DNA of 61,932 nucleotides, filler included, from Choristocarpus tenellus KU-1152 (GCA_964200185.2; 13 parts of 13 records of this genome joined end to end with filler, not necessarily neighbours in it); one strand, 5' to 3'; counted from the whole stretch's first letter, positions 1 through 13,347 are shown. Numbers and translations are program-made. Notes: generated from the sequence alone by a model not told the origin.

Positions 1-125
1 GCGTATACATTTTACCTACTCCGGAACATTTAGGAGTAGGAAAATGTCAAAAAAAAAAACATGGGAAGCCAAGCCCCAAATGGACAAACAGGGCAAAATT
101 CGTACCCTCTATGATACTTTCACTC
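1..125 (-). mobile_element. MITE family A, partial copy
   Basis: Ends ...AAATTCGTACCCTCTATGATACTTTCACTC, the reverse complement of the family A left TIR (GAGTGAAAGTATCTTAGAGGGTACG). Confidence 0.8.
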
Positions 126-219
126 TAAATCAAGAAAAGAAGTGAATAGAGGGGCTTTTATTAAGAAGCGCTCTTTATTATTTTTATCATTATTTGCGTT
201 TTATTTTGTTTTTGGTAAA

Positions 220-388
220 ACAGAAGTTGGAATACATCTGAAAACCGTTGCAACATTCCCAAGTTACAGGTCTTACTCTGCAACCTTTAGCAGATCAGAG
301 TTTCTCTTTATGAGGTTTCCCAGGCGTGTATACTGCTCACGCCTGTTAGAACGCGAGAAGAAATACTCGCGCTATTTGGCTCTAACAG
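220..388 (+). repeat. Dispersed repeat family D (also ~25695-25860 minus, ~45690-45878 plus)
   Basis: Shared core ...TTGGAATACATCTG...GTTACAG...ACTGCTCACGCC.GTTA...CGCGAGAAGAAATACTCGCGCTA...TAACA in three different contigs. Confidence 0.75.
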
Positions 389-1939
389 TGCGTACCTGTT
401 CTGCACTGCTCACTGGCCACTCCACCCCTCTTTTTTCTCCTCCTCCTTCTTTCTTGCCCTCTCCTCCCCACAGCCAGGTGATACTCATCTCCCATCCTCC
501 TGCCTATTACCTGCCTCCCCTCCCACACCCCCAAGCCGTCCATCGCTCACTACCCCTAATACTCTAATACCCCTCCACCATTCTTCACCAACCCACTGAA
601 TGCCTCTACTCCCGCCAACATCTAACCCCACAACCCAACTGAACTTACCAACCCCCACAATAAATTCGCCTGATCCACTCCAGCACACACCGTCCATTCC
701 ACACTAATGTCCCTCCTATACCCACTGCCACCAAATTGGGAAAAAGTGTTCTTATCACCACACCCTGAATTGAACCCCCTTCCTACCCCTAGTGCCACAT
801 CCACCCACATCAATTCTCAATATTGTAACATCCTCCACAGGCCTCACCCCTCCCTACCTACAATACATGCAATACCAATCTTACTTACATTATCTTTCTA
901 GGATTTGCTACCGAAGCAGGCCCTTCCCTTGTTACCATTCCCTTGACCAGAGATGGGCGCCCAGCCACATCTCTCACACACACCACCACACCCCTCAAAT
1001 GGAGGAGGTATACCCCAGGAAGATGATGGGAGAGGCAGCAGGGTCGGCAAAGGCCTAGATCATTAGGGGAGATGCCATGGCCATGTGAGTCTATTTATTC
1101 TATAAAGGTTATTTTGACCATTTTGATTATAGAGCGAGATTCTATGTGCTGTGTCTGACACCCTATTTCCATGGTCCCTTCTATGTCCGCTCGGTCATCC
1201 ACAACAGACAACAGTAATGAATGTGTACCTGGGGTCTTCCCCAAGCTCTGGTAACTGATGTATGCATCCCCGGATTCCCTCCACCTTGAGCATTGAAGAC
1301 TCCGCATAGCTTCTCAACTCTCTGTGATAGGGGAAATAGTGTTGCACAGTAGTAGCATGTGGTTCTCTATTCAGCAGGGCATGTGGCTCAACATTCTGTG
1401 CTAACTAGCATCCATGATTTAGGAAGAAACTGTTATAGTACGCTCCAGAACTCACCTCCACAGGATGTGCAACTCTAATCCAACGACTCTAAAACGACGC
1501 TATGGGGGTGCAGCCTCGGGCAACAGCTACCTGGGGTGTCAGACACTCTCCTCTCGATGCTTCACTCAGTGCTTAGCTCAAAGCTTAACTTAGTGTTTCA
1601 CTCAAGATCGAACAACGAAAGAGATGCATTGGATGTGTTAAGAATATGCTTTTTACTTTAACAGGATGGTCTCCAAAAAGCACTCTTATATTATCATTAT
1701 CCACCCGATTTCTACCAACTATAAGTTAAAAGACATCTGCAAGCTGTTGTATACGTACTCGAATTACAAATCTTCTGCAACTCCAGGAATTGATATCTAT
1801 TTTGTGAGGTTATGTATGCATTTCGAATCTTACTTTGCATCTCCTATCAATTCAACGTTCCTCTTGTGTGAATTATTACATATGTATACTGTTCACACAT
1901 GTTGGCACGAGGAAAGAAATGCTTGCTCTGTTCGCCTGT

Positions 1940-4215
1940 AACACAACTGGGGAGCACAGACTAGTTTGTCGTTGGCATACCCAGTGGCATAGAGCGATTC
2001 CAACTAAGCATTCACCTAAGCCATGAATGTGGAAATTGGGTCTTGAGTCTTGATGGGAAGAATACAGCAACGATGTGCGTTAGGGTACCTTTATTGAGGC
2101 CCTACCAGAGGTCCTCCCAGGGCCCTTCCAACGCATGGTAAAGGTGTATGGAGCCTTGCCAGTCTACTCTTCTCCTTGGATGAAAGGGGGGGGAGGTAAT
2201 CCTAGATAATGTGGGTCAGCAGCACAACAAGGTGATCCTATAGGCCTCGTCCTATTCTGTCTTGAACACTTCTGCAGAACTGAAGAGCCTCCAGACAACT
2301 TTTGGTCCCCAACCTGGGGGTCTCGTCACATACTATTGGACGATTCATCGCTCTCCAACTGAGGTTTAAGGCCATAGTCATAGGAGGATTCCAACAAGGT
2401 AGAACTGCAGTTGGTGGGCGTTCACCTCGATATGGAAAATATGTGTGTGTCACCTCCTTATCATATTTACCCTCTGCAGTAAGAGCTGGAACTCCTGGTC
2501 ACGTTGGGAATCAACCTTGCCTCAGACACAGTGACTTTGCGGACTTAGGTGCACCTACAGACAAGGATGCCTTCATCCAAGCCCATATGACAGGAGCAAC
2601 GGAGCGAATAAGATCACAGAAGTTAGACATATATCTCAGTGATATGGATGGTAAAGGAAGTAGCATGGCTCTGCAATGCCTGGTTCCTCCTTTCGTCTCT
2701 TCAAGCTGTGGGTTATTCCACCACGATCATTAAATATGAAGGATGGAGAATTAAAAAAAAGTATGGCTAAAGGGTGTAACTTTCCAGGTCATGCTGATCA
2801 AAAAAGTTTTCACAAACGAAGATGGATCAACTGGTATTATATACCTTGCTTCTAATGACATAGAACATGAATCTGACTATTTGTATCAAATCTATCAAAA
2901 ACGGTGGAGCATTGAGGAGTATCATAAATCTATAAAGGAGAATGCAAGCTTGGCTAAATCTCCAACAAAAAGGGACGACTTTGCTGAAAAAAATCCATCA
3001 TGCAGCAGGCGGATAACACTTTATTGTGGACACTTAAGAGGACCATGGAGGGGGCAAACTTGACTGCGGCAAAAGGAATTGTTCAAAGGAGGGTGCGAAA
3101 ATATAGGTCTCTTCACTTGGAGACACACCAGCAGGTCCAAGCTCAGTTATCAACTAATACAGTAGGCCTAGGCCTACCCTCCATGACCCATCGCCAACAT
3201 GCAGCGTTTGTAGGATTGTTAGTAGTCATCCTCTCTACCCTCTTAGCAAGACAGTAAGGGATTTCTGGCAAGGAATTAGCTGTGGTCATCTGCTTCAGCC
3301 CTGTCATGTAGGCTCTGTGTGGATCAATGCACACAATACGATATGCTAGAGTCCTACAGATGAACTTGCTGCAATCATCGGTCAAGTCTGGATAAAGTAT
3401 GGGGTGGTATAGCACCTCCTGTGCAAGCCCCCAAAGTCACTTCTTGGCAGCGCATGATGCAGGAGGGACACATACCAATACGGACCCAGCATGAGATCAC
3501 CTTTCTTAAAAAACGTTTTCGCTTAGACTCCTTCCACATCCAGGTGGGAAAATTCCATGTGGATTCAATACCTGAAAGGAAATCTCCTGCTACAGCCTTA
3601 GCATATCAAAGGATTCGGTGTGAGCAAGGGGCTAATGTGTGGACAATTACCCAACCTTCAAACCACCAAGGTGGATCCCATCCCCAGCATCCAACCTCAC
3701 ATTCAACTGGCCCTTTCAGGGAAGAGGTTGCATTGTCCAACCACAGTCCTGTTGATGGATAATGCAGAAGACAGAGAGTGGATACTAGGCACAATACAGA
3801 TGCACTAGAGCTACTAGAGGACAAGTGTTTAGTAGGACATATCTATGGTCAGGCAACTGGACAGTGTCTGGAGTCGGATGGGCATCCCTTGCACCCTTGA
3901 GGGTAACATTCCCTTTACTGTAGACCGGGATTCCTTTATGGACGAAATATTACATATTGGTTGGCCACTTTCCAACGTACTCACTGCCCCCAACCAGGAA
4001 AAATATATCCTCATCGATGTGGCCTTCACAGAGGTCCAAGCGGTCAACTATTTACAACACTTGTCTACAAACAACAGCATCACCTACGCTTGCAGCTGGG
4101 CCCAGGAAGTGCAACCACTGCAAGGAATGTATGTACCTTTGTATTTTTAACCTCAACACCTCACAATGGAGAGCTTGAGGTGTATTGGTATGCAAGTAGA
4201 GCAATTGATGGATGA
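1940..4215 (+). mobile_element. Degenerate non-LTR retrotransposon (CRE-like, RT plus restriction-like endonuclease region)
   Basis: Broken frames encode FVVGIPSGIE, QQGDPIGLVLFCL (~2222-2265, RT motif), a frameshifted Y-LDD (~2332-2345), QAQLSTNTVGLGLPS...AAFVG and YILIDVAF. Many stops and frameshifts. Confidence 0.65.
2727..2972 (+). mobile_element. Bacterial IS701-like (IS4 superfamily) DDE transposase fragment inside the LINE remnant
   Basis: AT-rich patch encoding VWLKGVTFQVMLIKKVFTNEDGSTGIIYLASND...YQKRWSIEEYHKSIKENASLAKSPTK, which contains the Y-2-R-3-E-6-K motif. One poly-A frameshift near 2760. Confidence 0.75.
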
Positions 4216-4527
4216 GCTGGTGACTCGTGTAGTGGGTGATAGGGAGACCGGGAGTTTAGCAAGAAGGGAGCAGTAATGACTTGTAGTCTGTCTCAGGACT
4301 AGTGGCAGTGATTTCAATGCGCATCACGTGTTTCAAGATAAAGTCAAAGGACTGACGGGTGAGACAAGGCTTGATATACTTGTGGGACTCTTTCCTTGTT
4401 TCGAGATCACCTTCATTTTTCATCTCCATACAGTGACTGTGGTGGACGAATTGTTGGATTGAAAGGTCCTAACTGCTCTATTTTACACAAAGAATCTAGT
4501 GGTCACCATTCTATACGTCTTCCAACA

Positions 4528-5048
4528 GAGTGAAAGTATAGAGGGTACGAATTTTGCCCTGTTTGTTCATTTGGGGCTTGGCTTCTCACGTTTTTTTAAT
4601 GACATTTTCTTACTCAAAAATGTTTCGGAGTAGGTCAAATGTATACGTTATGAAAAGGTGTGTTCGGAACAAGGATATTGGAGTCGAAGTATCTTAGAAG
4701 GTAGAGCCGCGTCCATTCGGGGGCCAAAACCCAATGTTGCGATTTTGATGAAATTTTGACTATCGTGTTTGTTAGGAATTGTCAATATCCTTGTTCGGAC
4801 ACACCTTTATATTATGCATATATTTTACCTACTCCGAAATGTTTCACAGTAGATAAAATATCATAAAAAAAAACTGTGGGAAGCCAAGTCCCAAATGGAC
4901 AAACAGGGCAAAATTCGTACCCTCTAAGATACTTTCGCTCATTGACGCTTCCTAACAAACACGATAGCTAAAATTACATCAAAATCGCAACATTTTGGAT
5001 TGTGGCCCCCAAATGGACGCTACTTTACCATCTAAGATATTTTGATTC
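4528..5048 (+). mobile_element. MITE family A copy with a second family A copy nested in inverted orientation (4681-4940)
   Basis: Outer copy is split at AAGGATATTG|ACACTTCC (intact at ~30231-30250). Inner copy GAGTC...CGCTC is flanked by duplicated ATTG. Confidence 0.88.
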
Positions 5049-5443
5049 GCCAGAAGATCATTATGGAACTATGAAAGATTACTCCAGTTGTATAACCGAC
5101 CTGTATAGTCTGGGTTACCCTACCCACTGGTTTCAAGTAGTATTGTGTCCTACATAGTGTTAGTATGTAGGAAGTAGAAAGGTCAGCCACTGTGCTCCCT
5201 GGCAGCAAAAGGGTCTCCTCCTGGTCGTGAGCTTTGCTGAAGTCCAAGCGAACTTCGGTGTAGAAGAATCTTAACCAAACAATTGTATTGTTGCTGCTGC
5301 ACCTGAGCCATGAAAGCATATTTCTACAAAAGAGTCTTTTACCCTTGTAGCTTTTAACCTCGATACCTTCACGGTGGAGAGCCTTGGCAACTTAACTCAC
5401 AGGCAGAGCAATTCCTGGATGAGGTGGCGAATCGCATAAGTGT

Positions 5444-5685
5444 GAGTAACCAACCGAGAGGTAGGCAAGGTCGCATTTTAAGGATCGCGGGAAAGGGTAA
5501 AAATATCCCATTTTGCACAATTGCAGATACAGTCTTTGCTTAATTGTGGCATCACTTTGTGTGTGAAAAAGGGGAAAATCAATTTTGCTTACACTGTTGC
5601 ACACGAAAAGTCTGGCACAGGGTGAGAAAGATTGGTTAGAATGCAAAAGGGTGCAAATTTGCCTACCTCCCGATTGGTTTGACTC
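5444..5685 (+). mobile_element. MITE family C (other copies ~7221-7350 partial, ~59072-59329 reverse)
   Basis: TIRs GAGT-AACCAACCGAGAGGTAGGCA / TGCCTACCTCCCGATTGGTTTGACTC with a TGT target duplication on both sides. Confidence 0.8.
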
Positions 5686-8600
5686 TGTGTGGTAGGGGAG
5701 CTGGAGTTTCAGTAGGACGGGTGCACACACTGGACAGAGAATTATTTGATTTGTTTGTGCTTCACAAAACAGCAGGGAAAAAGTGTGCACACATATTTGT
5801 GTGTGGAATTTGAAGGAGTGGAGAAGTTGTACAAATCATTTCTATTGAGGATCTTGTACCACAAATGACGTACAAGAAAAACTGTATGTCGAGGAATGAT
5901 GTGTGCAAATCCCGATTTGTCGATAAAACCTTGTCGGCTATACATGGTTTGTAGATATCGTTCGTCACTTTATCGGTTGTGTTAATTATCTCTGTATACA
6001 TCAAAAGAAGATAGCTGTGTATCACTGATCTGTTCATACCTCATCTGGACATACAACTCGTACCTCGTACCTTTACTGGAAAGGACAATCCTGTACAAAT
6101 CTTACATTGTGATTTCAGAGGAACATTCGTGTACGAATCTCACACTGTGATTTAGAAGGGAAGAAAAATCGTGTACAAATCTGACGTTATATTATATTTT
6201 TTCGTATATCAGTGGTCAGTGTTCACATTTTCAGTACTTTAATTCTTTTTGATTTTTATACCCCTCTATCATTTTGCTTTTGTGTGAAGGAAAAACCAAA
6301 CCTAAATTTCGCATATCGGTACCACCACTCCTGTGTTCATAACATGCACAAATACTTGTCAGTACGACTCATCCTCCGCGAAGCGTGTGTATTTATCGTA
6401 CCACTCCCCCCCCTATCTATGAAATGTGGAGCTGTCAAATCCTGTTCACGACAGATAGTGTCGGTCACAACACAAGTGACTCTATTAAGACGTGTTATGC
6501 GTTTAAGCTGGAGACACCAGGGAGATAGGCAAGCAGGGGCCTGTCACATGTTTAGGATGCTTCCCTAGCTCCTCGTCCTGTGGTGCAGGGCTAAACTAGG
6601 TTGGAGGCATAGTAGGGGGGTGGTGTAGTATACCTGGTAGCCAGTAAAATGGATTTTGGAGAGATACCTTTCACATTCACGACAACTAATACTTTATAGG
6701 GGTCCTTATGATACTGGATTGTCTTTTTCCCTGACACATCTGCAAGATGTCAGAGGGCATAATAATATAAACGTGTACAACTATTTGTACGTATCACTCT
6801 CCTATCTACAAAAAATGTACAAACGATTCGCTGGTAAAAATGAACTGATTCAAATCCCTCCACTATGATTTGCCTTCGTAACCTCAAGTTGTACAGATCA
6901 CAATGTGTTGATTGTCAACATCTCATCATATTGTCCAATTATAGTTATCCCACACCACTCTCAGAAATACTAATTAGTAGAAATGATTGGGATACACATA
7001 TGGAAGAGACAAAAATCCTACATTTTTCTTGTGAGGATGTGGTGTTACAGGTAGCAGGTCTTAATGGCGGTTTCATAAACGCCATTATGACCCTGAAGTC
7101 CTAGATTTTATTTGTTGTACTTCTTGACTACTTCGTTTCTTATCGTTTAGTCATTATGAGACCATTTATTGCCCCTGTCATGTTTGTGTCTGTTCTCTCT
7201 ATATACCTCAATCAAATAATGAACCAAGCCAATTGAGAGGTAGGCAGGGCTGTATTTTAAGGATCTCGAGAAAGGGCAAAAATAAATTGTTTTGTTTAAT
7301 TACAGAGAGAGGCTTTGCTTGATTGTGGTGCCACTTCATGCGTGTAAATACGTTATTGCGTAGATAATAAAGTGAAATACAGAGTATTGCATGGGATAAG
7401 AATTATGGGTTAAAATGCAGAGGTTTCAGGGTCAACGTATCTGGGGGGGGGGTGGGCGTCCGTTTTTTAACCTTTTTTCCATTTCCACTTTTTGGTGTGA
7501 TTTGGTCGCACGTGTCGGCTTTGAAATTTCAGCAAAAAAAAGAAGACTGCTGGTTAGGTTCTTTCCTGTCCTTGCGTACGCAAGTGGAATGGGAACATAT
7601 GCCACCATTTATTTGGGTTTGGTTAGGAGCTTCGACGTTTGCATGTGTCGGATTTCGAGTCTGTTCAAACTGGATTATTGGTTTATGTATGTTGGTCGTG
7701 CAATTACGATGAAGAATAAGAGATATAGGTTAGGTTGTTCCAGGGCTGGATATTGGTTTGTTTGGTTGTATGAGTGGGATTTGGTTAGCACATAAAGAGG
7801 GCTGTCGGTTAGGGTGTGTTTTCCCACTGATAGGACGAGGAATTGAAAAAAAGACTATGGGCTGTTGCGAGGTTGCTTTTTTCGTTTATTTGCTTGCATG
7901 AGCCGTGTCTGGTACGTACACAAAGAGGAATGCCAGTTTGGGCCTGTTCTCCCGGTGTGTGCACGAGGAACCAAAATATATATCATGTACAATTTAAATG
8001 TAATACTTTGTTTATTTGCATGCATGTGTTGGATTTAGTATGTAAACAGACGTGGTTGTCACTGAGGGTGTTAGGGTTGAAGTTGTTGGTATAAAGGAAG
8101 GGAAAACGGTCAGGTTTTGTTTTCGGGTTAGTGTCTTATATCTCTCATGTAAGGTGTGGACGCAATCTGGAGGTGTATACGAGTGGTTATTGGTCAAGGT
8201 CTATTGTCGTACGTTTCTCTGAAAGTAGTTCAAGGTACACTTCCAGAGGTCCTGGGTTGGTGCTGTGCTTAGGAGCATTGTGCGTGGAGTTCGGTATATG
8301 ATCCTCCAAGATTCGAAGGAGGACGAGATCGGTTCTAGTTTGTCGACACTTGGAGAAAGCATAAGATGGTGCATAGAGTATTGAGAAGAAGGGGCGAGGT
8401 ACGTTATAGTGTTCAAGGAATAAATAGCGGCTTTGAGAAGGACAGGGTATCCATCGCAGGCCCTGGTCAATTGTTTGGAAAGGTTAGCTGAGAAGATGGA
8501 GAAGGGTTATTTGAACGATGTATTATATTTTAGTTGTCTAAACCTTGTAACAGACACGCTATTTTAAACAAATAATAACACAGGTCTAATCCTCAACGTG

Positions 8601-8752
8601 AGCATGGCATATGATACGCTGACGATTCTGACTGGTAGCAATGTATCCGATACCACTGTCTAAATGCGTAACTCATGGAATGGAAAGTGCATGAACATGG
8701 TAGTCGGACACCAAGGCAAGGTACACTGATGCATAAATCAGTGTACCTGTAA

Positions 8753-9012
8753 GAGTGAAAGTATCTTGGAGGGTACGAGTTTTTCCCTTTTTGTCCATTT
8801 GGGGATTGGCTTCCCATGGCTTCTTTTATGACAGTTTCCTGCTCCAAAATGTTTAGGAGTAGGTACAGTGTTTATGTTATGAAAAAGGTGTGTCCAGAAC
8901 ATAGATATTTGACACTTCCTAACATACACGATAGCAAACATTACATCAAAATCGTAACATGGATTGTGGCTCCCAAATGGACGCGGCTCTACCCTCTAAG
9001 ATAATTTGACTC
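8753..9012 (+). mobile_element. MITE family A, full copy (others 30084-30339 and 9708-9776 partial)
   Basis: TIRs GAGTGAAAGTATCTTGGAGGGTA / TACCCTCTAAGATAATTTGACTC with TAA TSD. Confidence 0.85.
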
Positions 9013-9107
9013 TAACTCTACACGTACTTCAACAAAAAACTGAAACGACTGAAGCCCTATTTCAATTGGTGGGCGGACTCGAAATTGCATTCGTCACCCT
9101 TCTCCCA

Positions 9108-9707
9108 CTACTCTTTGAGCTTAGGGTATGCCTCAACAAGAAGGTGCCATAGATTTAGGCGTGTGGAGTACCTGGTGTTCCAAGGTTCGGGCTTCACGAG
9201 ACTCGAGAAGATAGCCTTCCTCGCCTGGAGTGCTTCCATATGCTCGAGACGCAATGTGTTGCCTGGCTTCCCTCCACAATCACCGAGTTTAACCTGTGTG
9301 GGCTCGTGGACGTAGCATTCATCTCCGAAAACAAGAGAATCGGCCACTTGACCGGCCTTGATGATCCTGAACCCATGGTCGTATATGACTTGGGTGGGGA
9401 TTTGAGTCTGCACTTGATACTGCGAAGAAGCAGGTTTTATTGCTGATCGTAGGAGCTCGGTAACGCACGCCCCCATGAAGGCTTGGGTGATCCCCACATT
9501 GGATGCATCGCCGGAGTCGGCCGCGTCCTGTGTGACGCAATTGTCATCACCATGAGATGGCCTTTCATCGTCATCGTCGTACCTCGATATAGATGAACAC
9601 AGAGTTACCGCGTATCTGCCCATTATTGCAGAAGCGAAGACATCTGCGAAGAAGCCAGGTTCTAAAGCGCTGCCATCAGGACCACGAGCCTGTTTGAAGG
9701 GTCTCAT
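9108..9707 (-). CDS. Unidentified 199-codon open frame, probably a coding exon truncated by a MITE
   Basis: Long, GC-richer open frame whose apparent ATG abuts the MITE at 9708. No motif recognised. Confidence 0.35.
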   Translation of the reverse strand: MRPFKQARGPDGSALEPGFFADVFASAIMGRYAVTLCSSISRYDDDDERPSHGDDNCVTQDAADSGDASNVGITQAFMGACVTELLRSAIKPASSQYQVQTQIPTQVIYDHGFRIIKAGQVADSLVFGDECYVHEPTQVKLGDCGGKPGNTLRLEHMEALQARKAIFSSLVKPEPWNTRYSTRLNLWHLLVEAYPKLKE

Positions 9708-9776
9708 GAGTGAAAGTATCTTAGAGGGTATGAGTTTTGCCCTGTTTGTCCATTTGGGGCTTGGCTTCCCATGGGT

Positions 9777-9876
9777 NNNNNNNNNNNNNNNNNNNNNNNN
9801 NNNNNNNNNNNNNNNNNNNNTTAATTAATTAANNNNNNNNNNNNNNNNNNNNNNNNNNNNNNNNNNNNNNNNNNNN
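9777..9876. other. Artificial contig spacer (N44-TTAATTAATTAA-N44). Identical spacers at 14506-14605, 22264-22363, 26052-26151, 28792-28891, 32232-32331, 36410-36509, 40680-40779, 44907-45006, 47755-47854, 55029-55128, 58863-58962
   Basis: Twelve identical 100-bp N blocks, each with a six-frame-stop core. Genes such as CNOT1 and ROCO stop at these blocks without visible continuation. Confidence 0.97.
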
Positions 9877-10167
9877 GGGGGGCTGGGGCAGAGGTGCAGG
9901 GGAGGGAGGGAGCGGCAACACCTGGGGGTGGGAGGCAGAGTGCCTCACCTCAAACCCCCAAGGCCCAGGAGCAGGGAAGGGAAGGGGAGCTAGCCATAGT
10001 ACCTGCTATTTCCATGCCGGTGAGTTGGGAGTGACCTGTTTTAACTGTGGTTAGCAAAGAAATAGTGTGAGGGTGGGAAAGGGGGGAGGATGGATGTAGG
10101 GGCAAGGTTTTGGGTTAGTAGAGGTGTAAAGCTGATTGAAGGAGGATTGACTGGGTTGACTGAGCGT

Positions 10168-13100
10168 TGTTAAGCTGTCCTTGACGATCTGTTGTCCCAC
10201 ACAACTAATTATATCATCGTTTACTAGGTTGTATCACAGTTGAGAAGAGAGTGAGATACGATCACTGGGTGGGGCTTACCAATCCTTACATTGGATGACT
10301 CAGAATACCAAATGACGCAACAGTTCTCGAGTACACGTCAGAAACACTCCGACTCTAACAGTCTACTGATTACTTCTGGTCAAGTACCCTAACCCTAAAT
10401 ATCCCGAATGTATTGCATTATTTTATGTGCGTACATAAAATAATACTTCAAATCATATTCTCACAAATGGTCAAGCATAATCTTGACACACTCCCCTGCT
10501 CTGACTATGCAGTGAGAATCAAATCAGTCCAACAACCAATCCCAGCTTGAGATCAACAGAATCTGCACACTTAGAATCTTATTCCCACACATGGACAAGC
10601 AAACTTTTGACACACTCCCCTGCTCTGTCCATACATCATGAATCCAATGAACTCAATCTGCACACTACCCCTTACTCACAGTGCATGATAGTTCTAGTGT
10701 GGAATTCAAAGACATTGCCACTCAAAGCCTTTGTGAACAAATCTCCATGTTGTTCATCGGAGTTTACATACACAATCCGCGCCTTCCCCTCCCCTCCTTC
10801 TCCAAGTTTCTAACATAATGTCTAATATCTATATGTTTTGTCATACCCCCCGAAGCTGTCTTCTCAGCCAAGTTGATTGCCCCACTATTGTCTTCAAGCA
10901 ATCGTACACAATACTTGTGCATAGTTGGCTCCAAAAAAAAGTGGACTTACTGCAAGAAGATAACCTCCTCAGCCAAATCACACAACGACACATACTCGGC
11001 CTCAGTGATACATAAAGCAACAGTTTTCTGCAGTTTTGACAACCAGCTCACACATGCACCCCCAAACATTACCACGCCACCAGACACAGAAAGTCTTGAA
11101 ATCACACAATTGGCGTAGTCTGCATCAGCATAGCCAATGAGTTGGTCCCTAGGTGCATTCCCGTAAAAAAAAGAAGCTGAAGTAACCAAGAAGTCAAACC
11201 CTTCTTACTTGTCCTCAACAAATAAGCAATTACTCTTTCAGCCCCATTCCAATCCGTTGCTGTAGGCTCCATACTGCTGATGCTACATCAGACCTCATCA
11301 TGATTGATACCCATATTTCGATACCACCGATCATAGATATATAGTTGTCTCGAACAGGTCCCTCCTGCTCCGTTCCCTTTCTCCCTCCAATCATCCTACT
11401 CCCTCCTTGGACCTCTGTACTCTCCCTTTTTTTCATCTATCTCCCCCAGTCGAAATTGTAGTCCCAACTTAATGAGTAACTAAACTGAGTCTTTGAATGT
11501 CTGTTTTGTATGTCCATTTCCTTGTCCACAGCCTCATTCCTCAAAGGCCACTCTTCTCACTCCATTTGTTCCGCCATCTCCAACTGCAACTGTTCCATCA
11601 CAAGATTCCCAATTAAACATGTTTATATTGGTCGTCGTGAAGTCATCTGTGGCTCCACTGTCCCAAATCCAAACCTCAACCCATGACGGCCTCTTGAAGG
11701 GAGGTGATTTTACCTTACTTGCAAGATAACTCACATGATTGGTTACTGGAAAAACTGCCAATCTTGGTTGGCCTTCGCCAGATCCACCCGATTTTGATCC
11801 TTCTCCCTTGTTCTTAGAACCATTCCCCCCCCCCCCCCTCGGATTCTTCTTCTTCTGGATGTTCGAAGATTCCAGACCCTTATCCCGATTTTCTTTGTGG
11901 ACATGTGAAGCTTTGATGTCCTATTTCCTGGCATACAAACCAAGTAATGCCCCCTTCACTCGCCTTGTGTTTCTTCATTAGAGGACACTCAGATCGGAAG
12001 GAGAGGTCCACCACATTCCCAACAATTGGGTTGTCCACCAGTGTGTCTGGATTGCCGTCCTGCCACCAGTTCGCCAGCTCTCACCCCAGCCGATTCCGTC
12101 CCTCTTTGGATGGAGCGCAGTCAATATCTTTTAAGGACTAATTTTTCCTGTTTAATCCGCCCCTCTACCGACTCCTCATCATCTATCTGGGACAAGATGT
12201 CTAGATACTCCTCGCCGAGTGAATTTTGTAGCCAACCCACTCGATGTTCCTCTGTTACGGAACCTCCCAAGCTCTTCAGTTCCATTGTAAGAGCCTCCTG
12301 CCGGTTGATGATGTCAGCGGGATCTCCCCCAGGTTCCAGCGCCATGTCGATCATTTGCTGTTTCACGAGATTTCTCTCTGTCCAGAATGAGCATAGCTCT
12401 TGACCAGGGGGGGAACGCCTCACTTGGAGATTGGATTGTGAGCACAATATCCAAAGCAGGCCCTGTTGTCGCCTCCTGCATTCCATTAATTGCATACGTT
12501 GTTGCATGGTGCAGATATGGGTCCACAGGAGTGAAAGTATCTCAGAATGTACGAGTTTTGACCCAAAATACCTGGGGGGGGGGTCTGCACCAGAGTGTCC
12601 ATTTGGACAAAACCAGGAAAAGTGCACTTTCATTGTCCATCCAACGTATGGAACCAAATCACCCAAAAGTCGCAACATGGAATACTTCAACGACATTACC
12701 CTCAGATGTTCCTTACTTACTAATGGCTCCCTACATCCCGATGAGAGAGCGTGTGTAAGAAACGTTTTGAGGAATATTTCTTCAGTTTCGGGGCAAATAC
12801 GGGTCTAGCCCCCACGGCCACCGTATCTCTAGCCCCAGCCCTCACCTCGTCCCCTTGTGAAGGTGATGTTCCATCATACATCTTAACCCCCCCTCGGGTC
12901 ATTGTCACTTCTTCCATTCCATCATCAATGCAGTTTAGACTTGTATCGAATCTTGATCTGGGCATCATATCATAGTTCATCTTGACTCCTTCCTGGTGAT
13001 AGCTAAAATCCAAGTATAATAATTACGCAAGCACGCTTATAAGAGTGCTATAGCATGTTAAGCTGTCGTTGACAATCTGATGTCCCACACAACCAGTTAT

Positions 13101-13347
13101 ATTATTGTTTATTAGCTTGTATCACAGTTGAGAAGAGAGTGAGATACCATCACTAGGTGGGGCTAACCAATCCTTATAGTAAACTACTCAGAACACCAAA
13201 TGATCCAACGGTTCTCTAGTATACGTCAGAAACACTCCGGACTCTAACATTCCGCTGATTACTTCTGGTCAAATACCCTAACCCTAAATATCGTGAATGT
13301 CTTGCATCGTCGTCTGTACGTACATAAAATAGTACATAATCTTGACA
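10168..13347 (-). mobile_element. Internally deleted Ty1/Copia LTR retrotransposon (LTRs 10168-10488 and 13056-13347)
   Basis: Two similar TG...CA LTRs and a PPT (GAGCAGGGGAGTG on minus) next to the left LTR. Gag (ALEPGGDPADII...WLQNSLGEEY), protease (WIWDSGAT...VAVGDG) and RNase H (LIGYADADYA...SWLSKLQKTVALCITEAEY) remain. Integrase and most of RT are missing. No matching TSD. Confidence 0.9.
12529..12681 (+). mobile_element. MITE A end with a MITE B inserted at 12560, inside Copia gag
   Basis: GAGTGAAAGTATCTCAGAATGTACGAGTTTT followed directly by GACCCAAAATACCTGGGGGG and the family B body. Confidence 0.7.

Noticed and set aside
142-567. 141-aa ORF and similar short ORFs over repeats
   Set aside because: They overlap dispersed non-coding repeats or low-complexity DNA and often rely on GTG/TTG starts.
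9821-9832. TTAATTAATTAA palindrome recurring 12 times
   Set aside because: Always centred in N blocks, so it is an assembly linker. Cross-contig gene neighbourhoods are therefore not meaningful.
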